From Gemmatimonadota bacterium (GTDB lineage Bacteria; Gemmatimonadota; Gemmatimonadetes; Palauibacterales; Palauibacteraceae): a stretch of 47,276 nucleotides of DNA. The notes under the pieces are model-generated. The model was not told the origin of the DNA and made no database searches. It saw nothing but the letters and a program-made list of their open reading frames with translations. The DNA lies in assembly GCA_041612005.1 (NCBI GenBank), contig JBFILW010000001.1, positions 1-47,276 on the forward strand, given 5' to 3'. Numbering within the stretch: the first letter of the stretch is position 1; every line of letters begins with the position of its first letter. Positions 17,545 to 26,889 of this stretch are shown here, one piece after another. Made by a program: the position numbers and the translations under genes.

Positions 17545-18339
17545 CTACTCGCCGCCCGCTGCCATCTCCATCCGCGGGTACGACAGGTCAGGCCTCACGT
17601 AACCCGTCATCGTCTCCATGGCTCGCGAGGCGGCCATGGCCTGGCCGTAGAGCGCCTTCGCCTCGTCGCCCATCATATCCTGGGCTTTCGCCTCCATCAT
17701 GAAGTGCTCGTGCTCGTTCGCCGCCGACTCCACCACCAGGTAAGCGGGCAGGTCGCTTCCCGTCATGTACTGGTAAAAGCGCCAGCCCCGCTCGATGCCG
17801 TGCTTTCCGTACAGCTCCTTGAACTGCCGGGCGACTTCCTCCATCGCCATCTCCTGGCCCGGAAGCACCTTGAGCAGCGTGTAGTGGCGCATTGGCTTGG
17901 CGGGATCGAACCCGACCATCTCCGGCTTGTACGAGAGGTCGGAACGCAGCGTCAGATAGTACATTTCCTGACGTTCGACAGACTTCATGGCGGTCGACAT
18001 GATGCCCATGAACTTCTCGGGGCCGACGGTGCCGACAGCTTCCTGCCAGGTGGCGTACATGTCGCTGTGGTCATCTGGACCCATGTCGGCTACCGCATAC
18101 GCGTAACCGAGCTCGGGGCCCGAAATCGTCACCCACTGCATGTCCTGCACGCCGGCAGCCGTGAAGGCATCGACAACCTTGCTCATGTTGGCCTCGTACT
18201 CCATGGCCATGGCGGGCTTCACGTGATCGGTGAAGACCGTGAACCACATCATCTCCGGCATCTGGTCCTGGGCCTGCGCCGTCACGGGCAGCGCCAGGCA
18301 GGCCGATGCCATTAGGGCAGTCAGTACGCCTCGCTTCAT
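17545..18339 (-). CDS. secreted Met-rich protein with internal domain duplication
   Basis: 264 aa. Signal peptide MKRGVLTALMASACLALPVTAQAQ. Two ~110-aa halves each contain (A/E)MAME(Y/E)(E/V) and end in R(S/P)DLSY..EM. Confidence 0.7.
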   Translation of the reverse strand: MKRGVLTALMASACLALPVTAQAQDQMPEMMWFTVFTDHVKPAMAMEYEANMSKVVDAFTAAGVQDMQWVTISGPELGYAYAVADMGPDDHSDMYATWQEAVGTVGPEKFMGIMSTAMKSVERQEMYYLTLRSDLSYKPEMVGFDPAKPMRHYTLLKVLPGQEMAMEEVARQFKELYGKHGIERGWRFYQYMTGSDLPAYLVVESAANEHEHFMMEAKAQDMMGDEAKALYGQAMAASRAMETMTGYVRPDLSYPRMEMAAGGE

Positions 18340-18395
18340 GGTACTTCCTCCTGATGGATGGGACGGGACAACGGAACTCTATCGGTGCAATCTAC

Positions 18396-20528
18396 TCAGT
18401 AGGCGCGCAACTCCGCGATTGCTTCCGCGATGCCCGGAACCTGGGGCAGGATCGCGTTCTCCAGCGAGGGCGCATAACCGACCAGGGTGTCGGTGGAGCT
18501 CACCCGGCGCACGGGGCCATCCAGCCACTCGAACACCCGGTCCGCTATGCGGGCGGAGATCTCGGCCCCGATCCCCCAGGACCCGGCGTCTTCGTATGCC
18601 ACCAGCACCTTGTTGGTCTTCTGGACCGAGGCGGTGATCGTCTCCATGTCGAGCGGGCTCAGCGACCGAAGATCGATGAGCTCGACGTCGACCGGCCGAC
18701 CCTCCTTCTCGAGCAGCTTGATCGCTTTCCGCGTCCGCTCGACCAGAGCGCCGTACGTGACCACGGTGAGGTCGCGGCCTTCCTGTACGACGTTGGCGCG
18801 ACCAAAGGGGATCATGTAGTCCGGACCCGGATACTGGGCCTTGTTATAGGTCTGCCGGTAGAGGTGCTTGTGCTCGAGGAACAGCACGGGGTCGTCGCAC
18901 CGAATCGCTGTGCGCAGCAGCCCGTTCGCATCGAGCGCGTTCGAGGGGCAGATCACATGCATCCCCGGGGTGTGTGCGAAGATCGAGGCGCCTGTTTGCG
19001 AGTGGTATACGGCGCCTCCGGACAGATAGCCGCCGTACGTAGTCCGGACGACCACCGGGCACTTGAAGGCGCCGTTGGAGCGCCAGCGCATGGTCGTGAT
19101 CTCGTTTCGGAGCTGGTGAAATGCCGGCCAGATGTAGTCAAAGAACTGGATCTCGCATACCGGCTTCAGGCCACGCGTGGCCATGCCGATCGCCCGACCC
19201 ACGATGTTGGCCTCGGCGAGCGGCGAGTTGAAGACGCGGTCGGACCCGAACCGGCGCTGAAGGCCGGCTGTCACCTTGAACACGCCGCCCTTGCCCTTCA
19301 CCTCGTCCAGGTACTGATCGCGGCTGACATCGGCCACGTCTTCACCGAACACTACGATGCGCGGGTCCCGCTCCATCTCATCCCGCAGACAGGCGTTGAT
19401 GAGATCGACCATCGTGGTCTCGTTCCCGTCCGGTTGGGGCTCAGTCGCGAAGGCGTCGGAGGTCGCGTCCACGTCGGGAGAGAACAGGTTCACGAACACC
19501 GACTCGGGACCGGGCTGCGGCTGCTGCATGGCCCGATCGGCGGCCTCCGCCACGGAGGCGTCCACTTCTTCGCGAATCCGCTCCAGCTGGGCCTCGTCCG
19601 CGATCCCCGCCCGGGTCAGAGTGGCCGCGAAGTTGGGGATCGGATCGTTCTGCTCTTCCTCCTCCTGCTCGACCGCCGGCTTGTAGGCTCGCTCATCATC
19701 GGACATCGAGTGGCTGTAGGGCCGGGTCACGGCGGCGCGCACCAGCGCCGGACCCCGTCGCTCGCGGCAGTATTCGACCGCTTCCTGCATCGCCGCATAG
19801 CTGGCGAGGGGGTCGGTGCCGTCGACCTCGAGAATCAGGAGATCGGGGAACCCGGACACGACGCGGGCGATATTGCCACCGGGGGTGTTGACCTCGACTG
19901 GCACGGAGATCGCGTAGCCGTTGTCCTCGATCAGGTAGACGACCGGAAGCTTCAGGTTGGACGCCGAGCTCAGGGACTCCCAGAACTCGCCTTCGGACGT
20001 CGTTCCGTCCCCGGAGGTCACGAGCGTGACCTCATCCTCCTTGTACGAAAGGACGTTTTGGGCCAGACCCATCCGGGACGCTCGCGTTGCGGCTTCCGCG
20101 CAGCCGACGCTCTGAAGGAACTGCGTGCCGGTCGGGCTGGAAGCGCTGACCAGGTTGTAGGCCTTGTGCCCCCAGTGCGACGGCATCTGCCGGCCGCCGC
20201 TGGCAGGATCGGATGCCGCACCGACAGCCTCGAGGAACATCTCGTACGGTGTGACCCCGAGCTGCAGGCAGAGCGCCCGGTCCCGATAGTAGGTGTAGAA
20301 CCAGTCGTACGCGGGACGGAAGGCCAGCCCGGCCGCAACCAGCACCGCCTCGTGTCCGGCGCCGCTGATCTGGAAGAAGATCTTGTTCTGCCGCTTGAGC
20401 GCGATCTCACGGTCGTCGATCGCCCGGGACGTGTACATGGTGCGGTAGATGTCGATCAACTGCTCGCGTGTCAGCCCGTGGGTCTCGAGGGGTGCTCTTC
20501 CCTCGACCTGTTCGACTGGCGTGGCCAT
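18396..20528 (-). CDS. fused E1 alpha-beta 2-oxoacid dehydrogenase (TPP-dependent)
   Basis: 710 aa. The N-terminal half is E1-alpha-like ([18 protein letters not shown]...[11 protein letters not shown]). The C-terminal half is E1-beta-like ([10 protein letters not shown]..., RVFNSPLAE, transketolase C-terminal domain). Confidence 0.9.
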   Translation of the reverse strand: MATPVEQVEGRAPLETHGLTREQLIDIYRTMYTSRAIDDREIALKRQNKIFFQISGAGHEAVLVAAGLAFRPAYDWFYTYYRDRALCLQLGVTPYEMFLEAVGAASDPASGGRQMPSHWGHKAYNLVSASSPTGTQFLQSVGCAEAATRASRMGLAQNVLSYKEDEVTLVTSGDGTTSEGEFWESLSSASNLKLPVVYLIEDNGYAISVPVEVNTPGGNIARVVSGFPDLLILEVDGTDPLASYAAMQEAVEYCRERRGPALVRAAVTRPYSHSMSDDERAYKPAVEQEEEEQNDPIPNFAATLTRAGIADEAQLERIREEVDASVAEAADRAMQQPQPGPESVFVNLFSPDVDATSDAFATEPQPDGNETTMVDLINACLRDEMERDPRIVVFGEDVADVSRDQYLDEVKGKGGVFKVTAGLQRRFGSDRVFNSPLAEANIVGRAIGMATRGLKPVCEIQFFDYIWPAFHQLRNEITTMRWRSNGAFKCPVVVRTTYGGYLSGGAVYHSQTGASIFAHTPGMHVICPSNALDANGLLRTAIRCDDPVLFLEHKHLYRQTYNKAQYPGPDYMIPFGRANVVQEGRDLTVVTYGALVERTRKAIKLLEKEGRPVDVELIDLRSLSPLDMETITASVQKTNKVLVAYEDAGSWGIGAEISARIADRVFEWLDGPVRRVSSTDTLVGYAPSLENAILPQVPGIAEAIAELRAY

Positions 20529-20676
20529 GGACTCCTTCGTCTATGCAATCGCGTTGGGTTTCGTTCAGCCGTAGCCGTGAAAAATACACGACCGCGCGGC
20601 CCCTCACCACCAGTCTTGACGACCCGTACCGGTATTACGTAGCTTCCGAGAACTATATTTAGCCTAGACTAAAAAT

Positions 20677-21492
20677 ATGTTAGACAACATACGCAGTCTC
20701 GGCTTCATCGGCATTTTGGCCGCGCTCGGGATACCGTCCAGCGCCTACGCGCAGGTAGCGTCGGATAGCGAGGCGGCCGCCTGGGATCAGCGGGACGCAC
20801 TCGTAACGGACCGGCCCGATTTCACCGAGAGCGCCCTGACGGTGTACCCCTGGCATGTCCAGGTCGAGATGGGATATACGGCGACCCGCGTCGACGGGAA
20901 CACCGAACACTCGGTCGGTGAAGTTCTGATACGCGTCGGCCTGGCCGATCGTGTCGAAGCCCGCATCGGGCTCAACTCGTTCGCCTGGGTCGCCACCGAA
21001 GGCAACGATCCAGAGGGACTCGAGGACGTTTCGCTCGGCGTGAAGATCAAGTTTGTCGAGGCGAAGCCGGGGACGGCGGTCCCGGACGTCGGGCTCCTCC
21101 TGGGCGCGTCGTTTCCCACCGGTGCGGACGAGCTGGGCCAGGGAACTCATGTGCTGCCCGTGGTTGTGCTCGCTGCCGGGCTGGACGTGACAGATTGGAT
21201 GTCGGCTGGCGCCAATGTGGGCTGGGGGTACCTGGACGATGGCGCCGGGCGGTACAGCCAGTTTGCCGGCAGCATCGCGCTCGGGTTCTCCCTCACGAAC
21301 TGGCTCGGGGCCTATGCGGAATACTTCGGGCTCTTCCCCGAATTCGACGATGGACCCGGCAGCGATTTCTTTAACGGCGGCTTCACGGTCCTCATCTCGC
21401 GCGATCTCCAGCTCGACATCCGCGCCGGGTTCTCCCTCGGCGATGCCGAGGTCGACTCCTTCGCCGGAGCCGGGCTCGCGTTCCGCATCTGA
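20677..21492 (+). CDS. outer-membrane beta-barrel, MetA-pathway/'transporter' family
   Basis: 271 aa. Signal peptide ending SSAYAQ, the family-typical TDRPDFTES motif, alternating beta-strand pattern, and C-terminal aromatic end GLAFRI. Confidence 0.75.
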   Translation: MLDNIRSLGFIGILAALGIPSSAYAQVASDSEAAAWDQRDALVTDRPDFTESALTVYPWHVQVEMGYTATRVDGNTEHSVGEVLIRVGLADRVEARIGLNSFAWVATEGNDPEGLEDVSLGVKIKFVEAKPGTAVPDVGLLLGASFPTGADELGQGTHVLPVVVLAAGLDVTDWMSAGANVGWGYLDDGAGRYSQFAGSIALGFSLTNWLGAYAEYFGLFPEFDDGPGSDFFNGGFTVLISRDLQLDIRAGFSLGDAEVDSFAGAGLAFRI

Positions 21493-21508
21493 CCAAAACC
21501 GGACTCGC

Positions 21509-22135
21509 GTGAACACCGCCACCGGAGAGACCGCCTACCGCGTTGCTTTCGCGTTGATCCTGTTCTCGTGCCTCGGAGTCTCGGCGACGTATCGGCTCCG
21601 GGCTCGACGCGAGGCCGGCGCGATCCCGCGGCGTAATGAGGGCACGGAACTCATTCTCGGGCGTCTTCTGTTCGGACTTCCGCTCGCGTTCGCCCTTCTT
21701 GCGTACCCGATCCGACCGGATTGGCTGGCGTGGTCGCGGCTCGATCTTCCCGGCTGGCTTCGGATGTCGGGAATCGTCATGGGGGCAGCGCTGATTCCGG
21801 CCCTGGTGTGGATGTTCCGGAGCATCGGAAACAACATCAGCGAGACCGTACTCACGCGCGACGAACACAAACTGGTCACGCACGGCCCCTACCGCTGGGT
21901 GCGCCATCCCCTCTATACGCTGGGCAGCCTGCTGATTCTGTCGCTGGGACTGATCTCCGCCAGTGGGTTCATTCTGGCGTTCGCCGTCGTAATCCCGGCC
22001 GGCATGGCCCTGGTCGTGGTCCCCCAGGAGGAGGCGCACCTGGTCGGGGCCTTCGGGGATGAGTACCGCTCCTACATGACGCGGACGGGTCGGTTTGTTC
22101 CGAAGCTCGGCCGCGGTTCGGGGCCGACGACGTAA
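21509..22135 (+). CDS. isoprenylcysteine carboxyl methyltransferase (ICMT/PEMT)-family membrane methyltransferase
   Basis: Track ORF 21215-22135 trimmed to GTG 21509, just after the upstream stop. Motifs: LVTHGPYRWVRHPLYTLGSL and EEAHLVGAFGDEYRSYMTRTGRFVP. Confidence 0.75.
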   Translation: MNTATGETAYRVAFALILFSCLGVSATYRLRARREAGAIPRRNEGTELILGRLLFGLPLAFALLAYPIRPDWLAWSRLDLPGWLRMSGIVMGAALIPALVWMFRSIGNNISETVLTRDEHKLVTHGPYRWVRHPLYTLGSLLILSLGLISASGFILAFAVVIPAGMALVVVPQEEAHLVGAFGDEYRSYMTRTGRFVPKLGRGSGPTT

Positions 22136-22160
22136 GGCGGCGGCAGACAGGAAGCGGGCG

Positions 22161-23681
22161 TTAGCGGACGGCCGCCAGCATCGCCTTGAGGAACTTCTTC
22201 GCCCCCCAGCTCAGCCGGCCCTTGTTGTAGAGGTCTCCGACCTGACGAATCGCCTCCGCCTGCGTCGGGTACGGATGGATCACGTTGGCCAGTTTCTTGA
22301 GCCCCACACCGGCGGTCATGGCCAGGGTCAGCTCGCTGATCATGTCGCCCGCATCACGCGCGACGATCGTGGCGCCGACGATTCTGTCGGTGCCTTTCTT
22401 GACGTGGACCTTCACGAAGCCCTCGTTGTCGCCGTCCAACACGGCCCGATCCACATCACGCAACTCGCGGACGTACGACCGCACTCTTACACCCTTTGCG
22501 GCTGCCCGCTTCTCCGTGAGCCCGACGTGCGCCACTTCCGGATCGGTGTACGTGCACCAGGGCACTGTGAGAGCGCTAAGCTTCCGCCGCCCCTTGAAAA
22601 GCGCGTTCTGGACTACGATCCGGGCGGCGAAGTCGGCCATGTGCGTGAACTTGTGATCGAGGGCGACGTCGCCGGCGGCGTAGATGTTCGCGTTCGTGGT
22701 CTGCAGCCTGTCGTTGACCCGAACGCCGAGACGGTCGAACTCCACATCGGCCGCCTCCAGCCCGATTCCCTCGATGTTGGGGACGCGGCCCGTCGCGACC
22801 AGGATCTCGCCGACCGCAGCCTGCCCCTCGCTCCCGCGCATCTTGTACGCGAGCACCTTCTGGCCGTCGCTTCGCTGCTCGACCGATGTGACGTTGCATT
22901 CGAGGTAGAGTTCCACGCCATCCCGCTCGAGCGCATTCTGGACTACCTGCGCGGCATCCTCTTCATCATGGCTCAGCAGGTGGCTGCCGGTGTGGAAGAG
23001 CATCACCGGGCAGCCGAGCCGGCGGAAGGCCTGCGCCATCTCCGTCCCGACTGGTCCGCCACCGACCACCGCCAGAGACGCGGGACGATCCGTGAGCGAA
23101 AACACGCTCTCATTGGTGAGAAAGCCCAGTTCGCCGAGGCCGTCGATACGGGGCATGGCCGGACGGGTACCCGTCGCGATGCAGGCACGCTTGAAGCGCA
23201 GCTCGACCCCATCGACCGCCAGCGTATCCGGACCGGTGAACTGGCCGCGTCCGATGAACACGTCCACGCCCAGCTCCTTGAAGCGACGAGCCGAGTCGTT
23301 GTAGCTGATCTGTGCCCGCAGGCGACGCATGCGTTGCATGACGGCGCCGAAGTCCACCGCCATGCCGTCCGGCAGATACACGCCCAGTTCTTCGGCCCGC
23401 CGGATGTCCGCCACCTCTCGCGCCGATCGAATCAGCGCCTTGGAGGGAACGCAACCGGTGTTCAGGCAGTCGCCGCCCATGAGGTGCCGTTCGACGAGTG
23501 CTACGCGCGCCCCGAGGCCCGCTGCCACGGCCGCCGTCACGAGTCCGGCCGTGCCGGCGCCGAGCACCACCATGTGATACCACTCCGCGGGCTCGGGATT
23601 CTGCCACGTGGGTGGGTGGACATTGGTGAGCAACTCGGAGTTGAATTCGTCCGGAGGGTGCAGGCTCGGAACGTGGGTCAT
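22161..23681 (-). CDS. class I pyridine nucleotide-disulfide oxidoreductase (FAD, CxxxxC)
   Basis: Track ORF 22161-23801 trimmed to ATG 23681-23679, which is preceded by AGGAGG with a 6-nt spacer. Motifs: VVLGAGTAGL and GGDCLNTGCVPSK. No NmerA domain and no mer genes nearby, so it is not called merA. Confidence 0.85.
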   Translation of the reverse strand: MTHVPSLHPPDEFNSELLTNVHPPTWQNPEPAEWYHMVVLGAGTAGLVTAAVAAGLGARVALVERHLMGGDCLNTGCVPSKALIRSAREVADIRRAEELGVYLPDGMAVDFGAVMQRMRRLRAQISYNDSARRFKELGVDVFIGRGQFTGPDTLAVDGVELRFKRACIATGTRPAMPRIDGLGELGFLTNESVFSLTDRPASLAVVGGGPVGTEMAQAFRRLGCPVMLFHTGSHLLSHDEEDAAQVVQNALERDGVELYLECNVTSVEQRSDGQKVLAYKMRGSEGQAAVGEILVATGRVPNIEGIGLEAADVEFDRLGVRVNDRLQTTNANIYAAGDVALDHKFTHMADFAARIVVQNALFKGRRKLSALTVPWCTYTDPEVAHVGLTEKRAAAKGVRVRSYVRELRDVDRAVLDGDNEGFVKVHVKKGTDRIVGATIVARDAGDMISELTLAMTAGVGLKKLANVIHPYPTQAEAIRQVGDLYNKGRLSWGAKKFLKAMLAAVR

Positions 23682-23842
23682 CGCGGGCCTCCTCGTCCCG
23701 CCGTCCAACAGCGGGTGTCCGGGACCGGCCTGGCGGCCGGCATCCGGTGCGACCGCCCCCGTCTCGGGGCCGATCGTCGTGGTGTACGGAGGATCAGGCA
23801 CATGGGAGGGACCGCCTGACTGGTCAAATGGTCACGTGCCCT

Positions 23843-24448
23843 TCAGTCCAGTGAGCGCGTAATGATGTAGTCGTGCCCCTTTACGTGGCAGGTGAGGCAC
23901 GTGGGCACACCGAGGCCGGCTTCGGCCGGATCTTCGGGGATCATGTAATCGCCGGAGGCCGTCTTGCCGGACTCCTGATCGGACTGCACCTGATACCAGT
24001 ACCAGCCGCGACCGTGGTTACTGGATGCATGCGCCTTCACGGCCACGGCCCAACCCCACGGAAGTCCGTTCTCGTCCGACATCTCCAGCACCGCCGCCGC
24101 TCCCTGGTGGTGGACCGGGTTGCGAGCCTGGACCGACCGGGCCAGCGACGGGCTCAGGAAGACTTGCGCCTGGTCTCCGTGCGGATCGACTGCCGCGTGC
24201 GCTGCCGTTTGATGCGGCCAGGTCTTGTAGGCACCGGTAGCCAGGAACGCGCGCAACTCTTGCGGGTCGGTCGGGACGGGAAGCGTGTCGGGCTGGAGTC
24301 CGGCCTCCAACGAAGCTTGTGTGGCGATCGCTTTGACGTCGCCGGCGTTCCCATCGTCAGCAAACGGCATGCTGACCCAACGGGCGGAGAGCAAGCCGGG
24401 TATCAGCACGATGAGCGAGAGTACGACAAAGGTTCGAGTGCTCGGCAT
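23843..24448 (-). CDS. cytochrome P460-like periplasmic haem protein
   Basis: Track ORF trimmed to ATG 24448 (MPSTRTFVVLSLIVLIPGLL signal/anchor). A single CLTCH haem motif (23885-23899) is followed by KGHDYIITRS at the extreme C-terminus, as in P460-family proteins. Confidence 0.5.
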   Translation of the reverse strand: MPSTRTFVVLSLIVLIPGLLSARWVSMPFADDGNAGDVKAIATQASLEAGLQPDTLPVPTDPQELRAFLATGAYKTWPHQTAAHAAVDPHGDQAQVFLSPSLARSVQARNPVHHQGAAAVLEMSDENGLPWGWAVAVKAHASSNHGRGWYWYQVQSDQESGKTASGDYMIPEDPAEAGLGVPTCLTCHVKGHDYIITRSLD

Positions 24449-24538
24449 GCAACAATCTACGATTTGAGCGGTACACTGGCACCGGGACGGTGCCGCTCGC
24501 ATCATGTCGCACCTCGCGGGATGGTCCGTGAGGCCTTT

Positions 24539-24611
24539 GGGGCCGTAGCTCAGTCGGGAGAGCGCCTGCTTTGCAAGCAGGAGGTCACCGGTTCGATCCC
24601 GGTCGGCTCCA
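24539..24611 (+). tRNA. tRNA-Ala (anticodon TGC)
   Basis: GGGGCCGTAGCTCAGTCGGGAGAGCGCCTGCTTTGCAAGCAGGAGGTCACCGGTTCGATCCCGGTCGGCTCCA. Cloverleaf with a 7-bp acceptor stem including the Ala identity pair G3:U70, anticodon TGC at 24572-24574, and a GGTTCGATCC T-arm. CCA is not encoded. Confidence 0.95.
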
Positions 24612-24821
24612 TTCTTCTATCCCCGCTTTTCTCCGGAAGGCAATCGTGTCGGTTAGTCCGGACTATCCCTTCCGTCGGCTGACACCAGAGGTATCGCCCC
24701 ACACCTCATTGAGGACTTTCCCCGACAGACAGTCGGAGTTGGGAGGGTTAGCATACGGGTCTGAGTTAACGGACTGGGAAGGACCTCGTGGCCAATCTCG
24801 GTAATAGTGAGGGCTAGAGTC

Positions 24822-25031
24822 ATGCAGAAGTCGATGATCAAGAAGATGCGCCGAATGCCCATGTTCCCCTTGATGCCGATTGTCCCTCTGACGGCAATGA
24901 TAACCGTGGTATCTCTATCTGTGCTGAACTATCGCGGCTTGAGGAAGTTGGAGGAGAAGGTTGATGAGCTGGGCCGATCAGGGTCGAGATCAGAAGATCC
25001 GGCGGCCAGTGAGCAAGGCATGGTAGCGTAA
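24822..25031 (+). CDS. hypothetical 69-aa single-TM protein
   Basis: MQKSMIKKMRRMPMFPLMPIVPLTAMITVVSLSVLNYRGLRKLEEKVDELGRSGSRSEDPAASEQGMVA. Basic N-terminus, one TM helix, charged tail. It lies in the lower-GC stretch after the tRNA. An in-frame GTG at 24807 is also possible. Confidence 0.4.
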   Translation: MQKSMIKKMRRMPMFPLMPIVPLTAMITVVSLSVLNYRGLRKLEEKVDELGRSGSRSEDPAASEQGMVA

Positions 25032-25123
25032 GATTCGGCGCCTGAGCGGCATCTTGTTATAGAGACCGAAACCGGTGTGATTTTGAATTGTACCGGAAAT
25101 CTGGAAGCTCTTCCAAGATCGCC

Positions 25124-26887
25124 ATGAAAGCCCAACACACTGAGGCTCCTGCCGGCGTCCGCCACACGCTTCCCTCGTTTCGCCAGCTTACCATCGTCGC
25201 TCAGGATCCGAGCATCGAGGGGCACGACGGGAACGTCCTGCGCTCGAAGGTCGTCGTGCCTGCCGAGGAAATGCGCTCGGGGCCGTGGGGTTATCGGACC
25301 CAGGTAGTCGACTACGATGCGACGCGCGGGAAATCGTACCGGAAAGCGACCCTCTCGGACGTCGATGATCCCCTTGCCGAGGTGGAAAACCGGGAGGCGC
25401 TGCTCCGCGATCCAACGCTCCATGCCGTCAACTGCTACGGCCTCGTCATGCGGACGCTCTCGAGGTTCGAGCGCGCGCTGGGCAGGCACGTCTGCTGGGG
25501 CTTCTACGGGCACCACCTGAACGTCGTGCCGCACGCCTTCGCCGAGGCCAACGCCTACTACTCGCGTGACGATCACGCGCTGCTATTTGGCTACTTCACT
25601 CCGAAGAGCGACCCGGCGGGACGCGTGTTCACCTGTCTGTCGCACGACATCGTCGTGCACGAGACGACGCATGCGGTGCTCGATGGTCTGCGGCCTCGCC
25701 TGATGGCGCCCTCGTCCCCGGACCAGGCCGCGTTTCACGAAGGCTTCGCCGACGTCGTGGCGTTGTTGTCGGTATTCAGCCTGCCGGGCGTCGTCGAGAC
25801 GGTGCTGCGTCACGCCCTGGGAGGGCCAGCCCAGACGCTCGAGCCAACACTCGTTACCAGGGAGAAACTCAAAGAGAGCGGCCTTTTGGGGCTGGCCGAA
25901 GAGTTCGGCCGCGAGCTTCGCGGCATCCGGGGTGACGCCCTCCGTCGCTCGGTAAAGCTGGAGCCGAAACCCGACTACTACCAGGCGACCACGGGTCCGT
26001 GGGTCGAGCCCCATCGACGCGGCGAGATCCTGGTCGCTGCCGTTTTGAACACTTTCGTAGACGCATGGCTGCATGCGGTGGGACGAGTCGCCGACGTCCG
26101 GCGGGTGCCCCGGGCGACGATTGCCGCCGAGGGCGCTCGCGTCGCCGATGTCCTGCTGACGATGGTGATGCGCGCGATCGACTACACGCCGCCTGTACAC
26201 CTGAATTTCAGGGACTTCCTGAGCGCGCTGCTGACAATCGACACCGAGCTGTGGCCGGATGACGAGGGGAGCAAGTATCGTCTGCGGCATTATCTCAAAG
26301 CCAACTTCAGCGGCTTCGGTATCGAGCCGGTCACGAGTCTCGCGACCCATGGCGGCTGCTGGCGCCATCCCAGCCAGGATCTTCGGTATGAGCGTAATCG
26401 CTACGAGCAGATGCGCGCGGAGCCCGATGAGGTCTTTCGCTTCATCTGGGAAAACCGGAAGGCACTCCGACTGAACGAGCAGGCATACAGCCGGGTGCTC
26501 TCGGTGCGGCCGGTGGTTCGCGTAGGCACCGATGGATTTGTCCTGCGTGAGGTCGTTGTGGAACACCTCGAAACGCTGAAGGTCGCCGCGAAGGACCTCT
26601 CCACGGTTCACCATCCCGACAAGAAGGGACACATCGAGAAGCCCGAGGGAATGCCCGACGGGCTGGAGATCAAGCTGCATGGCGGCGGAACGTTGATCTT
26701 CAACGATTTTGGCCTGCTCAAGTACCACATCAGCAACGGCGTCGGCGAACCCGAGCGACAGAGCCGGCGACTCGAGCACCTGTGGAGACGCGGTCACCGA
26801 TTCGGACGGCCGGAGCGTTCGAACTTCGACGAGCTTCACAGGGCGCGAGCCCAGGGCGCCGTCGACAATCCCGGGGAGGTCTGGTAG
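25124..26887 (+). CDS. signal-less thermolysin-like (gluzincin HExxH...E) metalloprotease with unknown C-terminal domain
   Basis: 587 aa from ATG 25124; the track starts at TTG 25088. HETTH is at 25658-25672, and HEGFAD at 25736-25753 has its Glu 23 residues after the second His. NAYYSRDDHALLFGYF lies upstream. No signal peptide or propeptide is visible. Confidence 0.8.
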   Translation: MKAQHTEAPAGVRHTLPSFRQLTIVAQDPSIEGHDGNVLRSKVVVPAEEMRSGPWGYRTQVVDYDATRGKSYRKATLSDVDDPLAEVENREALLRDPTLHAVNCYGLVMRTLSRFERALGRHVCWGFYGHHLNVVPHAFAEANAYYSRDDHALLFGYFTPKSDPAGRVFTCLSHDIVVHETTHAVLDGLRPRLMAPSSPDQAAFHEGFADVVALLSVFSLPGVVETVLRHALGGPAQTLEPTLVTREKLKESGLLGLAEEFGRELRGIRGDALRRSVKLEPKPDYYQATTGPWVEPHRRGEILVAAVLNTFVDAWLHAVGRVADVRRVPRATIAAEGARVADVLLTMVMRAIDYTPPVHLNFRDFLSALLTIDTELWPDDEGSKYRLRHYLKANFSGFGIEPVTSLATHGGCWRHPSQDLRYERNRYEQMRAEPDEVFRFIWENRKALRLNEQAYSRVLSVRPVVRVGTDGFVLREVVVEHLETLKVAAKDLSTVHHPDKKGHIEKPEGMPDGLEIKLHGGGTLIFNDFGLLKYHISNGVGEPERQSRRLEHLWRRGHRFGRPERSNFDELHRARAQGAVDNPGEVW

Positions 26888-26889
26888 CC

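Noticed and set aside
18306-20642. 778-aa plus-strand ORF
   Set aside because: It is antisense to the fused E1 alpha-beta gene. The composition is low-complexity and Arg/Gly/Val-rich, with no motifs.
20529-20676. Possible promoter (TTGACG ... and AT-rich TATATTTAG) in the divergent intergenic region between the fused E1 and the OM barrel gene
   Set aside because: Hexamer spacing does not fit a sigma-70 consensus, and I cannot establish the promoter grammar of this organism from sequence alone.
22161-23681. Calling the disulfide oxidoreductase mercuric reductase (merA)
   Set aside because: There is no N-terminal NmerA/HMA domain, no C-terminal Cys pair visible, and no merR/merT/merP nearby. 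It keeps a generic class I FAD oxidoreductase call.
22095-23819. 574-aa plus-strand ORF
   Set aside because: It is antisense to the FAD/CxxxxC oxidoreductase, which has unambiguous motifs and a Shine-Dalgarno-supported start.
24571-24804. 77-aa plus-strand ORF starting inside the tRNA-Ala gene
   Set aside because: It overlaps the tRNA. It has no Shine-Dalgarno and no coding-like composition.
25583-26839. 418-aa minus-strand ORF (also 24929-25576) opposite the protease gene
   Set aside because: The plus-strand frame carries the HExxH...E catalytic signature and is translationally coupled to the next gene. The minus-strand translation has no motifs.
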